This document shows, piece after piece, positions 35,537 through 44,813 of a stretch of 45,047 nucleotides of DNA. The notes under the pieces are model-generated. The model searched no databases. It worked only from the letters and a program-made list of their open reading frames with translations, and was not told where the DNA came from. The first letter of the stretch is position 1; each line of letters opens with the position of its first letter. The position numbers and the translations under genes were made by a program. The DNA comes from an uncultured Chthoniobacter sp. (GTDB taxonomy: Bacteria; Verrucomicrobiota; Verrucomicrobiia; Chthoniobacterales; JACTMZ01). The DNA lies in assembly GCA_964516705.1 (NCBI GenBank), contig CAZEYV010000095.1:1-45047 (forward strand). The letters run 5' to 3'.

Positions 35537-36523
35537 TCAGTGCGGCAGGAGGTCCGCCACCATGGCGCGTTCCTCCTTCAGTTCGTTGACCGATTTGTCG
35601 ATCCGCTCGCGGGCGAAGGCGTTGTGCGGCAGGCCCGGCACGATGGAGGCCTGCTGGTTCTTGCTCCGGACGGGCAACCCGCAAATCAGGCCCTCCTCGA
35701 TGCCGTAAGAGCCGTCCGAGCAGAGGGCCACGCTGTGCCAGTCGCCTTCCGGCGTGTCCGAGGTCAGGCTGCGCACGGTCTCGATGGCCGCATGGGCGGC
35801 GGAGAAGGCGGAAGAGAGCCCGCGGGCCTTGATGATGGCGGCGCCGCGTTCCTGCACGGTCTTGATGAAGTCGCCTTCGAGCCACGCGTTGTCTTTGATC
35901 ACATCCGGTGCGGGCCGGCCGCCGATGCGGGCGTTGAAGAAGTCGGGGAATTGCGTGTTCGAGTGGTTGCCCCAGATGGCCATGTTGGTCACCTCGCGCC
36001 AGGGGACGCCGGCCTTCTGGGCGAGTTGCGATTTGGCCCGGTTCTCGTCCAGCCGCATCATGGCGAACCAGCGGTCGTGCGGGATGGACCGGGCATTGTT
36101 CATGGCGATGAGGCAATTCGTGTTGCACGGGTTGCCGACGACGAGGATGCGGACGTCGGACGCAGCGTTCTTCTCGATCGCGCGGCCTTGGCCGACGAAG
36201 ATTTTCCCGTTGATGCCGAGGAGTTCCTTGCGCTCCATCCCCGCCTTGCGCGGCACGCTGCCGATGAGCAGGGACCAGTTCACGCCGTCGAAACCGCGGT
36301 CGAGGTCGCTGGTCGTCTCGATGCCCTCGAGGAGGGGGAAAGCGCCATCCTGCAGTTCCATGGCCACGCCCTGGAGGGCGCCCATGCCGGGTTCGATCTC
36401 GATGAGCTGGAGGATGACCGGTTGGTCAAAACCGAAGACTTGGCCGCTGGCCAGGCGTGGGAGGATGGAATAACCGATCTGGCCGGCGGCACCGGTCACG
36501 GCAACACGGAGGGCTTTTTTCAT
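35537..36523 (-). CDS. mdh: Malate dehydrogenase (LDH-like, 'cytosolic' type)
   Basis: 328 aa containing [39 protein letters not shown] and IWGNHS. Confidence 0.95.
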   Translation of the reverse strand: MKKALRVAVTGAAGQIGYSILPRLASGQVFGFDQPVILQLIEIEPGMGALQGVAMELQDGAFPLLEGIETTSDLDRGFDGVNWSLLIGSVPRKAGMERKELLGINGKIFVGQGRAIEKNAASDVRILVVGNPCNTNCLIAMNNARSIPHDRWFAMMRLDENRAKSQLAQKAGVPWREVTNMAIWGNHSNTQFPDFFNARIGGRPAPDVIKDNAWLEGDFIKTVQERGAAIIKARGLSSAFSAAHAAIETVRSLTSDTPEGDWHSVALCSDGSYGIEEGLICGLPVRSKNQQASIVPGLPHNAFARERIDKSVNELKEERAMVADLLPH

Positions 36524-36577
36524 GGGAAGTGATTCTGGGGCAAAGCGCGGTCCGGACTCGACTAAAAACCGTCGCGC

Positions 36578-36620
36578 AAAAATAAAGAACCCCGTTCCGC
36601 AGCGGCGTGGAACGGGGTTT
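36578..36620 (-). terminator. Rho-independent terminator downstream of hup
   Basis: Perfect 11-bp stem AACCCCGTTCC/GGAACGGGGTT (36589-36599 and 36610-36620) with a 10-nt loop. On the minus strand it is followed by CTTTATTTTT (36578-36587). It lies 22 nt after the hup stop. Confidence 0.65.
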
Positions 36621-36641
36621 TCCCGGAGAATGCTGGAGGGA

Positions 36642-36911
36642 TCAGAGCTTGCCCTTGAGATCCTTGCCGGCGGCGAACTTCACGCCTTTCGAGGCCTTGA
36701 TCTTGATGCGTTCGCCGGTCTTCGGGTTCACGCCCATGCGGGCCTTGCGGTTGACCACTTTGAAAGTCCCGAAGCCGACGAGTTGCATCACCCGGCTCTT
36801 TTTGAGGTGCGACTTGAGGCCTTCGACGACGGCATTGACGGCGCGTTCCGCATCGGCCTTGGTGCTTCCGAGTTCCTTCTGGACGAATTCCGTGAGTTTT
36901 ACTTTGTTCAT
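36642..36911 (-). CDS. hup: HU-family nucleoid-associated DNA-binding protein
   Basis: 89 aa from ATG 36911. Contains [40 protein letters not shown]. Confidence 0.9.
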   Translation of the reverse strand: MNKVKLTEFVQKELGSTKADAERAVNAVVEGLKSHLKKSRVMQLVGFGTFKVVNRKARMGVNPKTGERIKIKASKGVKFAAGKDLKGKL

Positions 36912-37072
36912 GGCTTGGTGGTGAGGTTTGTTGGTGGGGGTTGCGGTGGGAAGACCGCGCAGTTTTCCCCCGAGCGGAATGGTGGTGTCAATGGCCCTTT
37001 GCGTCGCCGGCCGGAAATTTACCGCGGGGAAAATAGTTTGACACAAGCAAGCGCCGCGGGCCCGTTGGAGGC

Positions 37073-37627
37073 ATGAGCCATCAGACGTTCGGACCCATGG
37101 AGAAATTCGCCGCGACCATCGCCCGCAACATCCGCACCGCGCCGCGCATCGCGCCGGACGCCTACCTGGCGGCCGACGCTACCGTGGTGGCCAATGTCGA
37201 GATCGGCCCCGAAGCCAGCGTGTGGCACCGGGCGGTGCTCCGCGGCGACGTGGCGCACATCGTCCTGGGGGCGCGGTCCAACGTGCAGGACGGCGCCGTG
37301 GTGCACGTGGCCGACAACCTGCCGGCCGTGATCGGGGAATTGGTCACGGTCGGACACCAGGCCACCGTGCATGCCTGCACGGTGGCCGACGAGGTGCTCG
37401 TCGGGATGGGTGCGGTTATCCTCGACGGTGCACGCATCGGCACGCGGTCGATCATCGGTGCCAATGCCACGGTCAAGCAGGGCATGGAGGTTCCGCCCGG
37501 TTCGCTGGTTCTCGGCACGCCGGCCAAGATTGTGCGCACGCTTTCGGAAGCCGAGCAGGACGAGATCAAGATGTGGGCGCTGCGCTATGTGCGGCTCTCG
37601 CGGGAGTATCTCGCGGTGCGCGGTTAG
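37073..37627 (+). CDS. Gamma-class carbonic anhydrase family protein (left-handed beta-helix, YrdA/PaaY-like)
   Basis: Hexapeptide repeats with the characteristic VWHRAVLRGD, QDGAVVH and IGHQATVH segments. Confidence 0.85.
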   Translation: MSHQTFGPMEKFAATIARNIRTAPRIAPDAYLAADATVVANVEIGPEASVWHRAVLRGDVAHIVLGARSNVQDGAVVHVADNLPAVIGELVTVGHQATVHACTVADEVLVGMGAVILDGARIGTRSIIGANATVKQGMEVPPGSLVLGTPAKIVRTLSEAEQDEIKMWALRYVRLSREYLAVRG

Positions 37628-38535
37628 GGCGTGCGGTCCGCGTGGTCTCCATCGCACTCGAGGTGCGTGATGACGTGGGCCGCCGGGTGGATGTTCCTCT
37701 CCAGCGCCTCCTCGATTTCCGTCGCCACGCGGTGGGCGTCGCGGAGCAGAACGGCATTCGGAAAGGTAAGATGGAGTTCCACGAGATGGGCATCGCCGAT
37801 GTTGCGGTGGCGCAAGTTGTGGTGGGTGATGCCGTGGCGGACGGTTTCGGTCGAGACGATTTCCTCGATGATCCGGTGCACGGCCGGGTCGGCGGCATCC
37901 ATCAGGCCGCTGACGCTCCGCCGCACGAGACGGAGGCCGGAGAGCAGGATGTTGAGCGCGGCGGCGACGGCAAACAGCGGGTCCCAGTAGGGCCATTCGG
38001 TCAGCGCGACCAGGGTGAGGGCGGCGAGAACCCCGAGGCTGGTCCAACAATCCGTGAGCACATGGTGTCCGTTGGCTTCGAGGATAATTGAGCCGCGCCG
38101 CCGCCCCGTGCGCACCAGATGGCGTCCGAGCGCGCCGTTGAGCAGGGCGGTGACCGCGGTGAGGGCGAGACCGACCGGAAGATGCGAGAGTTCCGGGCCG
38201 CGGATGAACGCGCGCGTCGCCTCGTAGAGGATGTAGACGGCCGCCGCGATAATGGCGGCACCTTCGAACCCGGCGGAGAAAAAGCTGGCCTTGGCGTGCC
38301 CGTAGAGGTGGTTGGCATCGGCCGGGCGGAGGGTCAGCCAGAGGCTGTAGGCGGCGAAGCCCACGGCCACGAGGTGTGCGGCGCTTTCCCCCAAATCGCT
38401 GAGGATCGCCGTGGAGCCGGTCCAAGCCCACGCGATGGCCTTGAGCGCGAGCAGGACGAGGCCCGCGGCGACGGACAGGGCCATGGCGAATTTTTTCTCC
38501 GCGGCCGCGGAAGGTGCGGGCAGTTCCTCTCCCAT
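37624..38535 (-). CDS. Cation diffusion facilitator (CDF) family metal efflux transporter
   Basis: Six TM segments, with ILSDLGESAAHL, HLYGHAKA and HVLTDCW, and a C-terminal cytoplasmic domain. Its 3' end overlaps the gamma-CA 3' end by 4 nt. Confidence 0.85.
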   Translation of the reverse strand: MGEELPAPSAAAEKKFAMALSVAAGLVLLALKAIAWAWTGSTAILSDLGESAAHLVAVGFAAYSLWLTLRPADANHLYGHAKASFFSAGFEGAAIIAAAVYILYEATRAFIRGPELSHLPVGLALTAVTALLNGALGRHLVRTGRRRGSIILEANGHHVLTDCWTSLGVLAALTLVALTEWPYWDPLFAVAAALNILLSGLRLVRRSVSGLMDAADPAVHRIIEEIVSTETVRHGITHHNLRHRNIGDAHLVELHLTFPNAVLLRDAHRVATEIEEALERNIHPAAHVITHLECDGDHADRTP

Positions 38536-38639
38536 GGAGCGAGTCTCTGCCTTTGCACCGGCGGCGAGGCAAGCGCGAACTGGTCCGGTGTTCCTTGCCG
38601 CGGGGAAGACCCGGCCTTAAAACTGCGGGCAAGTTTGTC

Positions 38640-41600
38640 ATGACCACCGACCTCCTGGAGAAAAAAATCGGACCGTTGCGCGGCGCGGCGGGCGGCGGGG
38701 AAGATGCGGACGCCGTGCGGCGGCGCATCTACTACATCAACCTCAAGCTGCGCGATCTGGGGTGCCCGACGTTTCCGGTGCAACTCGACGCCGAGTTTGC
38801 CGATCTTCTCGGCGGACTCATGGCCCTGCACCGCGAGAGGGACCGGTTGCTGGCCAGGCACCTTTGCCCGGTGGACACGCGCCTGCAGAATTTTCTCTAC
38901 GATTACCTGCAGGACGAGGTGGAGGTGCCGCGTCTGCCGGACCAGACCTTTGTGCTCGATCGCCATGGTCTGGCGCGCCAGTTGTCGTTGCCGCCGGACC
39001 GCGACGAGTTTTCCTCGGACATCATCAATTCCTACCGGGTCCGCCAGGGTGTGCTGCACAATCCGAAAAGCGACCGGCGCACGACGCAGGGGATTTTCCA
39101 TGTCACCGAGGGCGGGTTGCCCGTGCCCGACGACAAGAAAGCGGTGCCCAAGGCGGTCTTCGGCCGTTTGCTCCAAGCAGCGCTGAAACCGCCGCCGGAG
39201 CTGATGCGATTGCCTTTCACTTCCACGCTTCCGGAACCGGCGGAGTGCTTTGTTTCCCTCCTGCTCCGTCCGGTGGTCTGCCCCGAAGTGCCCGGAGTCA
39301 CTCCCGAGAAGAGCATGGAAGTGCGGTTCTTCGTGCCCGGCGGGCTGGTCTGCAATCTGGATTTTGTCGAAAGCATCTTCGGCAACGCGGGCGACCCCAA
39401 TCTTCCGGAAAACGATGCGGCGCTCGATACCGAGCATTGGACCGGCCACACGGGTTGCGTCATCTTGGCGCCGCATCTCAACAAGCTGACCAAGGCGGGG
39501 CTCGGTCTGCCTTCATGGGACGAAGCCAGCGAGCGCCAACGCCGCGACGGCATGTGTTGGAAATCGCGGGACGAACTCTACAACGACGGCACGGCATTCA
39601 AGGTCACCGCGCGCGACGAGCACGGTGTCGTGGTGACGGTTATTTCGGACAACTACTTCGGCTACTGCAAGAAGGAGGTCAAAACCCAGCTGAGCATGGC
39701 GGCCAACCTTTTCGGCAATGCCGAGGAGGAGCACGCGGGCGGCGCGCTCATCTTTCCCAGCTACGACCTCGCCGAGCAGATCGCGGCGAAAGATCTGCCG
39801 TTGGACATGCCCCGCGGGTTTGCCGGGGCCATGGAGCTGCTGGGGGACACCGTCGAGGTCCGGCCGGAGGGTTACGCGGTCGACCGTCTTTTCCCCGATA
39901 TCTGCTACGTCCCGGAGAACGCCCGCTTCCAGTTGCTCTCGCAGAAGGTCAGCTGGGAGAAAGATGGCGAAGCGCGCGAACTTCCTCTCCGTCTCGGTCA
40001 CCGCTATGTCCTCCCGTGCGGATACAAGATCCACATGGAGAAGCCGCCCGCGGGCCGTGCCTGGCGGCTCATCGGCACGATGGCCGAGGGGACGTTGTGC
40101 CACAAACCCTGCACGGTTTCCGGCGGCGGCAAATCGGAGATCTCGAAGCCGATTTCCGACGCCATCCTGGCAGGACCGATTTTCGTGGCCGACTGCAAGG
40201 CCGACTTCGACCGCGTCGACGAGTTGATCCGGCGCGACTACTCCGGCCGGTATGCCGATCCGGCCCGCCGTGGCCGCGACCCCCGGCTACTCCTGAGCCC
40301 CGACCGTTCGCTCGGCTCGGTGATCAAACTTCTGACGCCGTCACCCGCTTTCGCCGCGGACTACAATGCGTGGCTCGAGACCATCCCGCAGCACATCAAA
40401 GAGCTGGTTTTCGTCCTCAAGCGTTTCTACCGCCCGGAATGGGGCGAGCATTGGAGGGAGAACTTCAGCGTCGACACGGTCAACGGGCATCCGGCCAACG
40501 AGTTGCGCTTCCAGCGCCGCAAACTGGTGGCCAGCTTCCTGCGCGTCGGCTTCGACTCCGAGGATTCATGGCGCACCTTCGGGCTGCGCAAAGACTACTT
40601 CCCCGCGGTCAAGATCCAGATGGAAGACGACATCACCGCTTCCACCCTGGTGCCCCGCGAGCATCTTGCCGCGCTGCTCGACGCGCAGACCGCGGGCCTG
40701 TCCGGGGTGAAGTTCGTCCACAATTGCGAATACCGGCTCTTCCAGCGGCCGGATGATGCCGTTCATCGTGGCTATGACAAAGTGACGGAGTCCGATTTCG
40801 CGCACGGCGGAAATTTCTTTTCGAATTACCAGCCGCTGACCATCCGGGACGCGCAGGCCATTCTCGACGACGCCGTCGGTTTTCACGAATACACGCGTCC
40901 GATGCAAAAAATGATCGAGGGCTACGTCGCGTCCGGGTATCCGGCGTTTTTGGTCGGCAATGCCAACCCGCGTCTGGTCGAAGGCCGTCCGACCAAGAAT
41001 CCGCGCTACCTGCAGACGCGTCCCGATCTCCTCGATCCGCGCGGACGCTACCTGGCCGGGGTCGGCATCCGTCTGGCCCGCGGACTGCGGGCGGAGCAAC
41101 CGGCGCTCACCCCGGTCAATGCCGTGTTGTCCGGGCGCCGCAACAACCCTCCCGACAAGGGCGCGGGCATCCGTTCGCTGGCCGTCTACAATCCGATCCA
41201 CCACATGGAGCTGCCGGAGCTCTTCATGGAGTTCATCTGCAGCATGACGGGCAAGTCTCCCTCGACGACCGGGGCGGGGTCGGAGGGCGCGCTGACCAAG
41301 GGCCCGTTCAACGCCTTGGCTCCGGTTTACGACCTCAATGCCGCCCTCGTCTCCTATGCCATCAGCGGCTACGAGGGGTTTGTCACCGCTGCCGGCTGCG
41401 TCGGTCCGCATGCCCGCGTCGACCACGACATCAGTCTGCTCGTGCCGGAGGTCTGGTGCCGCATGTCGGTCGAAGAGCGTTCGCCCGCCTTCCTCTTGGC
41501 CCACGGCTATCTCGAGCGCTTGGCCGACTTTGAGCACGAGGGGCACCCGGTTCTGGCCGGTCGCCTTGGCAGCCGCATGACCAAGAAGTTCGCCAACACT

Positions 41601-42134
41601 TTCTTCGGCCGGGTTTTCAACCACCCGCATGTGGTGTTGACCGAGGAAATGCTCCGGCCGGAGATGCAGGGCATGGATCTGTTCGTCGAGGGCGTGGAGA
41701 ATGTGGTGGCCACGCAGAAACGGGTCGCGGCGCACTATTTCGCCGACGGCAGCATCGAGTGGGCCTGCCCGCCGCTCCAAGCTCTGCTCCACATCATGCG
41801 CGACGACCAGTTCGGCGGAAAGACGCTGGCCGATCCGGAGGTCCGCGCGCTCTTCACCCGCGAAAGCGTGCTGGCCAGTGATTGGTATCGCGGCCGCCTC
41901 CGGGCCAAGCAAGGGGTCGATGGCCGCCTGTGGCAGCGCCACACCGCTTATTTGGAGAAGGTGGTGCGCCAACCGGGCAACGCCGGCGTCGTCGAGCGTC
42001 TGGGTCTTGTCCGCCGGTTGGAGAACGCGCGGGCCGAATTGGCCGGGGTTCATGCCGCCGGTTACCTCGAAAGTCTCGTCGGCACGACAGGGGCCGAGCC
42101 GTCGGTTCCCGAGCCGGCCGCGCATGCGGGGTGA
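38640..42134 (+). CDS. Large (1164 aa) conserved cytoplasmic protein; tentatively a PPi-dependent phosphoenolpyruvate carboxykinase (EC 4.1.1.38) family member
   Basis: The CDS itself is very likely real: a long ORF with good coding character from ATG 38640. The functional call rests on my recollection only. The supporting points are subunit size near 130 kDa and segments such as ISDNYFGYCKKEVKTQ and MTGKSPSTTGAGSEGALTKGPFN. No alignment was possible. Confidence 0.45.
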   Translation: MTTDLLEKKIGPLRGAAGGGEDADAVRRRIYYINLKLRDLGCPTFPVQLDAEFADLLGGLMALHRERDRLLARHLCPVDTRLQNFLYDYLQDEVEVPRLPDQTFVLDRHGLARQLSLPPDRDEFSSDIINSYRVRQGVLHNPKSDRRTTQGIFHVTEGGLPVPDDKKAVPKAVFGRLLQAALKPPPELMRLPFTSTLPEPAECFVSLLLRPVVCPEVPGVTPEKSMEVRFFVPGGLVCNLDFVESIFGNAGDPNLPENDAALDTEHWTGHTGCVILAPHLNKLTKAGLGLPSWDEASERQRRDGMCWKSRDELYNDGTAFKVTARDEHGVVVTVISDNYFGYCKKEVKTQLSMAANLFGNAEEEHAGGALIFPSYDLAEQIAAKDLPLDMPRGFAGAMELLGDTVEVRPEGYAVDRLFPDICYVPENARFQLLSQKVSWEKDGEARELPLRLGHRYVLPCGYKIHMEKPPAGRAWRLIGTMAEGTLCHKPCTVSGGGKSEISKPISDAILAGPIFVADCKADFDRVDELIRRDYSGRYADPARRGRDPRLLLSPDRSLGSVIKLLTPSPAFAADYNAWLETIPQHIKELVFVLKRFYRPEWGEHWRENFSVDTVNGHPANELRFQRRKLVASFLRVGFDSEDSWRTFGLRKDYFPAVKIQMEDDITASTLVPREHLAALLDAQTAGLSGVKFVHNCEYRLFQRPDDAVHRGYDKVTESDFAHGGNFFSNYQPLTIRDAQAILDDAVGFHEYTRPMQKMIEGYVASGYPAFLVGNANPRLVEGRPTKNPRYLQTRPDLLDPRGRYLAGVGIRLARGLRAEQPALTPVNAVLSGRRNNPPDKGAGIRSLAVYNPIHHMELPELFMEFICSMTGKSPSTTGAGSEGALTKGPFNALAPVYDLNAALVSYAISGYEGFVTAAGCVGPHARVDHDISLLVPEVWCRMSVEERSPAFLLAHGYLERLADFEHEGHPVLAGRLGSRMTKKFANTFFGRVFNHPHVVLTEEMLRPEMQGMDLFVEGVENVVATQKRVAAHYFADGSIEWACPPLQALLHIMRDDQFGGKTLADPEVRALFTRESVLASDWYRGRLRAKQGVDGRLWQRHTAYLEKVVRQPGNAGVVERLGLVRRLENARAELAGVHAAGYLESLVGTTGAEPSVPEPAAHAG

Positions 42135-42143
42135 GCCCCGCGG

Positions 42144-42563
42144 CTAGCTGAAGGTCAGGTTTTTCACCCCGGCGGAGGCGGCGGAGTTGAGCACGTCGAT
42201 GATGCGCTCCTGCCGGGCGTTTTCGTCCGGGCGGATGATGACCGGATCCTTGTCGCCGAAGCGGTCGATGTTGTCTTTGAGTTGCGCTCGCAGTTCCGGG
42301 AGTTCCTTGCTGGCCGGGGTGTCGAAGATGCGGTTGTTCATGCTGACCACGCCGTCGGCGCTGATCTCGATGATGACCGGGGTGGGCGGTGGACCGCTGG
42401 CCGCGCCGCCGCGTCCGCTGGGCAGGCTGATGTTCAGCTCGCGCTCCACGACCTGGGAACCGGCCGAGGCCATGAAGAACAAAAGAAGGACGAAGACCAC
42501 GTCCACCATCGGAGCGATCTGGAAACCGACATCGCCGTCCTCGGAGCCTACGGAACCACCCAT
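42144..42563 (-). CDS. exbD: ExbD/TolR-family biopolymer transport protein (second copy)
   Basis: FQIAPMVDVVFVLLLFFM TM signature and a periplasmic C-terminal domain. Confidence 0.85.
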   Translation of the reverse strand: MGGSVGSEDGDVGFQIAPMVDVVFVLLLFFMASAGSQVVERELNISLPSGRGGAASGPPPTPVIIEISADGVVSMNNRIFDTPASKELPELRAQLKDNIDRFGDKDPVIIRPDENARQERIIDVLNSAASAGVKNLTFS

Positions 42564-42604
42564 AAGACGATAATTCTACCCGGTGCGGTCGCGGCGCAAG
42601 GGCC

Positions 42605-43084
42605 TTACGAAGGCACGGGCGCCGCCTCCTTGTCGACGACGGAAAAAGTCACATTGGCAATGCCGGCCCGCCCGACCGCTTCAAGCAGGCTTTTCATGGA
42701 CGAGTAGCGCACGTCTTTGTCCGCGCGGATGAGGACGCGCACCATGGGGTTTTTCTGGATGTGGTTTTGCAGGACGGGGATGAGGTCGCCGGGCGACGGG
42801 TAATCCTTTTCGTTCACGCTGATGGCCACGGCGTTGCTGATCGGATTGACCGCGAGGTTGACGATGATCTGGCCGGGATTCTCCTTGGCGTCTTTCGCTT
42901 CCTTGGCGACCGGCAGGCGGATGTCTTTGTTCGACTGCAGCACCTCGGTCGAGCTGATCGACATAAAGAAGACGAGAAGCACGAGCAGGATGTCGATCAT
43001 CGGGGCAATCTGGAACTCCGGATCGGCTTCCGGTTCGGGCTGACGGCGCTTTTTCTTGCCTCGCTTGGGAGCGGCGTCGGACAT
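42605..43084 (-). CDS. exbD: ExbD/TolR-family biopolymer transport protein (first copy)
   Basis: Basic N-terminus followed by the FQIAPMIDILLVLLVFFM signature. It starts 3 nt after the exbB stop. Confidence 0.85.
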   Translation of the reverse strand: MSDAAPKRGKKKRRQPEPEADPEFQIAPMIDILLVLLVFFMSISSTEVLQSNKDIRLPVAKEAKDAKENPGQIIVNLAVNPISNAVAISVNEKDYPSPGDLIPVLQNHIQKNPMVRVLIRADKDVRYSSMKSLLEAVGRAGIANVTFSVVDKEAAPVPS

Positions 43085-43087
43085 GGG

Positions 43088-43996
43088 TCAGGACTGCCAG
43101 TCGAGCGTGGTTCCGCAGCTCGGGCAGGGGTTTTGTCCGGCCACAATGGCCGCCTGGCAGACGGGGCAGTTGGTCGAAAGTTGCATGGAGACCTTGTGGG
43201 AGAGCTTCGACTGCGGGGATCCGGCGGTGAGGCCGTCGCCGGCGTTGAAATTTTCCCCGATGCGCAGGCCCTGCACTTCGTCGAACGGTATGTCCTCGAC
43301 CAGGTGGTTCAACTCGCTGTCCGCGTACACCGTGGCATCGTTGATCCGGTTGCGGAAGTAGTAATAAAAGATGAACGCGGGGATGGCGATGAAGAGGCCG
43401 CTCGCCGTGGCCAGCAGCACCTCGCCGATGCTCATGGCCAGCTTGCGCGGGTCGGAGACGCCGGATTGTCCGAGGACGGCGAAGGCGCCCATCATGCCGA
43501 TGACCGTGCCAAGCAGACCGATCATCGGTGCGATGACGCCGATGACCGAGAGATAGCTGTTGCGCGTCTTGAAGACCTGCGACTCGCGCACGCCCAACTC
43601 GATGAGGGCGTTGTCCGTGGCATCTTTGCCCCTCCCGATGCGTTCGAGCGCCCCGCCGAGCACGGCGGCGATGTAGGTCTTGGTGTTGGCGCGGCAGGTC
43701 TCCCAGGCCTCCTGGAAATTTCCGGCCCGCAAGGACTCATCGAGCGCGGCCACGAGGGCTTTCGGGGCGAGGCTCTGGCGGCGGACCTGCAGGAAAAGTT
43801 GGATGATGAACGTCACCATGACGATGGACGTGGCGACGATGGCCAGCCAGATCATGATGATGAGCGGCCCGCCGTGGAGGATCATCTCGATGATCGAGGT
43901 GCTTCCACCCTCCGTTTCCGCGGCGCGGGCGGTCGGGGCGGCCATCAGGCCGGCGAGCAGGAGGAAAGGGATAGAAAGGGAGCGGTTGGAAGTCAT
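43088..43996 (-). CDS. exbB: MotA/TolQ/ExbB-family proton channel with signal-like N-terminus and C-terminal zinc-ribbon extension
   Basis: ATG 43996 (the tracked start at 44023 is TTG). Core motifs IAPMIGLLGTVIGMMGAF and EVLLATASGLFIAIPA. The C-terminal tail ends CPVCQAAIVAGQNPCPSCG. Confidence 0.85.
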   Translation of the reverse strand: MTSNRSLSIPFLLLAGLMAAPTARAAETEGGSTSIIEMILHGGPLIIMIWLAIVATSIVMVTFIIQLFLQVRRQSLAPKALVAALDESLRAGNFQEAWETCRANTKTYIAAVLGGALERIGRGKDATDNALIELGVRESQVFKTRNSYLSVIGVIAPMIGLLGTVIGMMGAFAVLGQSGVSDPRKLAMSIGEVLLATASGLFIAIPAFIFYYYFRNRINDATVYADSELNHLVEDIPFDEVQGLRIGENFNAGDGLTAGSPQSKLSHKVSMQLSTNCPVCQAAIVAGQNPCPSCGTTLDWQS

Positions 43997-44019
43997 GGCT
44001 GCTTTGGTATCGGGGAAAA

Positions 44020-44760
44020 TCAAGGTGCGATCAAGCCGGCGTGCTCGGCCCGCAGGGCATCGGCGCGTTTTTGCGCATCGCTTGCGGCGTTTTGGTCGAA
44101 GGGAAAAAGGGCGGAAGCCTTCAGGTAGCTGGTCAGGGCGGACGGATGGTCGCCGGAGGCCTCCTGCACGCGGCCCATCAGGTAGTTGGCCTGGCAGAGG
44201 GCCGGGCCCTCGGCCGGCGGGGGAAAGACCACCTGGTCCGACGCGGCCAGCAGGGGCGCGAGCAGCGGTGCCGCCTCGGTAAAATTCCCGGAATCAACGG
44301 CCAGACGGGCTCGGCCGAGGTTGGCCAGCGCGGTGGCCTGCGGGTAGGTCTTGGTCAGATTGTCATAAGCCGCAGCCGCGCCTTCCTTGTCGCCGGCCGC
44401 CAGTTTGGCATCGCCGAGCAGGGCGGCGGCGCGTTCGGCCCAGGCGGCCGGGAGGCCGGAGAACTTCTCGTTGACGGCGGTCAGGGCGGCTACCGCGCCC
44501 GGGGCATCGCCGGCGGCGAGTTGCGATGCGGCGGCGTCGAATTCCGGGGGCGCGGCCATGCGGATTTCCCGGATGTCCGCGATCGGCGTGCCGCTGGTGC
44601 CGTTCGGGGTTTGCACCCGGACGTTGCCGCCGCTCACTCCGGTGATCTTGCCCTCGCGGGCGGTGCCGTTTTTGAGAATGACCGCGTCCTGCGCGGCGGC
44701 CGGGCCGGCCGTGGCGAGGCAGGCGAGCACGAGGAGGGCTGGGAGGGGGCTTGCTTTCAT
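44020..44760 (-). CDS. Secreted TPR-like repeat protein, first gene of the exbB-exbD-exbD cluster
   Basis: ATG 44760 gives the signal peptide MKASPLPALLVLACLATAGPAAAQ. A small beta-rich N-terminal segment is followed by Ala-rich helical repeats with a TPR-like pattern. Its stop lies 23 nt upstream of the exbB ATG. Confidence 0.6.
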   Translation of the reverse strand: MKASPLPALLVLACLATAGPAAAQDAVILKNGTAREGKITGVSGGNVRVQTPNGTSGTPIADIREIRMAAPPEFDAAASQLAAGDAPGAVAALTAVNEKFSGLPAAWAERAAALLGDAKLAAGDKEGAAAAYDNLTKTYPQATALANLGRARLAVDSGNFTEAAPLLAPLLAASDQVVFPPPAEGPALCQANYLMGRVQEASGDHPSALTSYLKASALFPFDQNAASDAQKRADALRAEHAGLIAP

Positions 44761-44813
44761 CCTGAAAGGGTTGAGATAATCCACAGCTCGGCCTTTTTCA
44801 ACCTTTACATCCC

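Noticed and set aside
38536-38639. Possible metal (NiCo/czcD-type) riboswitch upstream of the CDF transporter
   Set aside because: I cannot reproduce the riboswitch consensus from memory well enough, and the stems seen are short. This needs a covariance-model scan, so no call is made.
37019-39476. 569-aa and 380-aa minus-strand ORFs overlapping the gamma-CA, CDF and large-protein genes
   Set aside because: These are shadow ORFs. The CDF gene occupies a different minus-strand frame and has clear TM and His-motif signatures.
40566-42125. 519-aa minus-strand ORF, and the 664-aa alternate-frame + ORF (38762-40756), inside the 1164-aa gene
   Set aside because: Both have Arg/Gly/Pro-rich low-complexity translations. 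The 38640-42134 frame has balanced composition and conserved-looking segments.
42761-44128. 455-aa + strand ORF across exbD/exbB
   Set aside because: It is antisense to genes with clear ExbB/ExbD signatures.
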